Under the pieces are notes generated by a model. That model searched no databases and had not been told where the DNA came from. It worked only from the letters and a program-made list of their open reading frames with translations. Both the position numbers and the translations under genes were made by a program. This document shows, one piece after another, positions 62,180-64,000 of a stretch of 64,000 bases of DNA. This DNA comes from Octopus bimaculoides (Eukaryota). Every line of letters starts with the position of its first letter. Position 1 is the stretch's first letter. Location: NCBI RefSeq assembly GCF_001194135.2, contig NC_068982.1, positions 65,629,668 to 65,693,667 on the forward strand. Reading direction: 5' to 3'.

Positions 62180-63713
62180 TGCATGCATGCATGTATGTAT
62201 AGGGGTGTCACCAGGACTAAGTAGTCAGTCTCCTCCTATTCATCATAGTTCCCCAAGTTATAACAGAGGAGTTGGCTACCCTTGGGAACTACTATATGTT
62301 GATGATCTCATTCTTATATCAGAATCTGTAGAAATTGGAAAAGAAATTCCAGGTGTGGAAGCAAAGCCTGGAATCAAAAGGCCTTGATTTAACCAAGCAA
62401 AGTCTGAAGTTGTAGTTAGCAAGAGAACAGATAAGACTCTCTTCCTACCAGGTAAAAGTCTCTGCTCAATATGTAGAAAGTATGTTGGAAGGAATTACAT
62501 ACAATGTGCCCAGTGAAAGGTTAACAGAGAAAGTAGTCTGTATATGTGGCAGATGCACAGGAACAATAAACACTAAGAAAACAAGAATTAGATTTTCTCA
62601 AATGTTCTATTATCTAAGTGACCTAATTAGCAGTGGAATACAATGTTCTGAAAATATAGCTGTTAGAATGAGAACAATGGAAAAAGTTCAGAAAGCTATT
62701 ATCTATGTTGGCAAAAAAATTTCTCTGTGTGTGTGTGTAAAAGGCAGATTATATGATGCTTGTGTATGAACAGCTATGCTACATGGTAGTAAGATGTAAG
62801 GACAGGAGAGGAATGAAGCTAGTATGCTCCACTGAATGTGCAATATCAGTGTGCATGTAGATGTCATAGTTCAATATTATGTCAACTGGTCATAGCCCAA
62901 CATCTTATCTGCTTTCAGTAATTTGATACGTTTTCAAATGTTATAGTCCAATATCATTATTGTCATTTTGCCTCTATATCTACTACATATTTATGAATAT
63001 GCCCGTAAGTCTGTTCTGGATTTGCTTAAAAGCAATGAAGAAAGACTCGCAAAACCATGTACATTATTATTCACCATCTACTTTGAAATTCATTTCCTTC
63101 TATACAGCATCAATGTGCTTGAGCTAAATTCTGAAATATCTTTACTCAAATACTATCTTACATGTACACACACACAATCACTCATATATCACATCACATA
63201 CTCTCTCTCACATGAACCTTAGGTGATAGCTGTTATCTGTCATCTAGATATAAACCACCATCTGGGCTTTGAGTGCTTTTAGTCCATTCTATTGCAAGTT
63301 TTGGAAGCTGTGAACATGGTCATGGAATCCTGTCCTCCTTCCCCTGGATAGTTCATGCAAAAAAACTAAAACTGCAACTTGTAAAATCTCACAAATACAC
63401 GCACTTTGTTCTTTCTCTCTCTCTCACTCATGCTTACATACACACATGTACATGTACTATTAGATTTTGTATAAATTGTAAATTAATATAGATATAGATT
63501 GTTTAAAGTATCAAGATATGATTTAAAAAAAATTTCAATGCTTAACTATTAAACTAAATCAGAATAAACTGAAACAAACCTTTCATTATATAACCAAGCC
63601 AGGAATTGTGTTGAATTCCAATAAGTATCATCACATTCCCAGTCACCATCAGACCAAATCACTTCTGGTTTGTATTGCTTAACAATTTCATAAAGCTCTG
63701 GTATAGCTTTTGT
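52294..63713 (-). CDS. FUCA: Alpha-L-fucosidase (GH29), 3' part: complement(join(52294..52546,53457..53627,55967..56099,58246..58343,63580..63713)); the 5' exons lie beyond the window
   Basis: [12 protein letters not shown] (catalytic nucleophile Asp), [34 protein letters not shown] (acid/base Glu), [16 protein letters not shown] and [10 protein letters not shown]. Splice phases are consistent. Confidence 0.95.
53457..53627 (-). CDS. FUCA: FUCA exon
   Basis: cag|(S)[45 protein letters not shown]...TPRV(W)|gtaagt. Confidence 0.97.
53700..54540 (+). mobile_element. Penelope-like element fragment (RT plus terminal repeat)
   Basis: [43 protein letters not shown]...YSHYIDNC matches the PLE RT F...Y.Q..G.AMG..(Y/R)YIDD pattern. 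A C-rich tract and a terminal motif follow. Confidence 0.85.
54788..55354. other. Assembly gap (N run) inside an RTE 3'UTR repeat
   Basis: Run of N. Confidence 1.
55967..56099 (-). CDS. FUCA: FUCA exon
   Basis: cag|(G)[22 protein letters not shown]...LAETV(S)|gtaggt. Confidence 0.96.
56672..57074 (+). repeat. Two tandem tRNA-like-headed units (~145 bp each)
   Basis: A-box TGGT(T/C)(C/T)AATGG-TAGAAC and B-box-like GGTTTGAGTCC / GATTCAAGTCC, with a shared tail ending ATAACTTTATCTA.TTTGAGTTC. Confidence 0.55.
58246..58343 (-). CDS. FUCA: FUCA exon
   Basis: tag|(S)[32 protein letters not shown](G)|gtaagg. Confidence 0.96.
59921..60650 (-). mobile_element. IS630-Tc1-mariner transposase remnant with one TIR
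   Basis: [14 protein letters not shown]...[20 protein letters not shown]; end sequence CAGGGTGTTC. Confidence 0.75.
60700..61985 (+). mobile_element. RTE-clade LINE 3' portion, the least decayed copy in the window, plus 3'UTR
   Basis: [27 protein letters not shown]...LHGSETW...[22 protein letters not shown]...GRPKKT. Confidence 0.9.
62260..62860 (+). mobile_element. Degenerate RTE LINE fragment
   Basis: [16 protein letters not shown] (RT YxDD) ... KGRLYDACV. Confidence 0.8.
63580..63713 (-). CDS. FUCA: FUCA exon containing the catalytic nucleophile
   Basis: tag|[44 protein letters not shown](S)|gtttgt. Confidence 0.97.
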
Positions 63714-64000
63714 CTATCAGTCAAAAACAGAATAAAGATTTATATGTTTTTATGGAACATGCAAGCCTTTCCAAATAGGCCACAACATAGAGAACATTAC
63801 AAAATTAGAAAAAGGAGTTTCAAATCCAGCATGTGCACAGAACCAAGTTTTTTGTTTTTAGGTAAATGCTATAAGTCATAGTTGAATCCTACCATCAGTA
63901 TTCTTGAGAGGGGGAGAGAGTGGGGAGGCAGAATGGGAAACAAGCATATTTTTTCTATGGAGAAACTTGGTTTTGGATAGTTTTATGGTGAACTCCAGTC

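Noticed and set aside
1-64000. CRISPR arrays, operons or other prokaryotic systems
   Set aside because: The sequence is intron-containing eukaryotic DNA. Its repeats are SINE, LINE and satellite types without repeat-spacer structure.

Overview
AT-rich, repeat-dense eukaryotic DNA. The gene structures and SINE/RTE/mariner families suggest an octopus (cephalopod) genome; this is inference. Three spliced genes can be assembled by hand, with GT-AG junctions and continuous reading frames: ARL3 (+, 6 coding exons, 6006-20556, 181 aa, complete), IDH3B (-, 10 coding exons, 45585-23460, 386 aa, complete) and the 3' part of an alpha-L-fucosidase (-, 5 exons, 63713-52294, continuing beyond the window). 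ARL3 and IDH3B converge tail to tail. The rest is decayed LINEs (RTE, R4/Dong-like, HERO/NeSL-like, Penelope-like), Tc1/mariner and hAT remnants, MITEs, tRNA-derived SINEs, microsatellites and four assembly gaps. I found no convincing new multi-gene system. The most notable observations are: (1) an in-frame second copy of IDH3B exon 2, part of the mitochondrial presequence, inserted into the middle of a SINE; (2) a second insertion at the same hairpin position of that SINE family; (3) two perfect RFX X-boxes in duplicated mariner-end sequence flanking exon 4 of the ciliary gene ARL3, plus a CRE/X-box-like composite just upstream of its ATG; (4) a duplicated IDH3B 3'UTR segment; (5) a degenerate hammerhead-like motif at the end of a Penelope fragment. 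Repeat-family names come from recalled motifs, not database searches.
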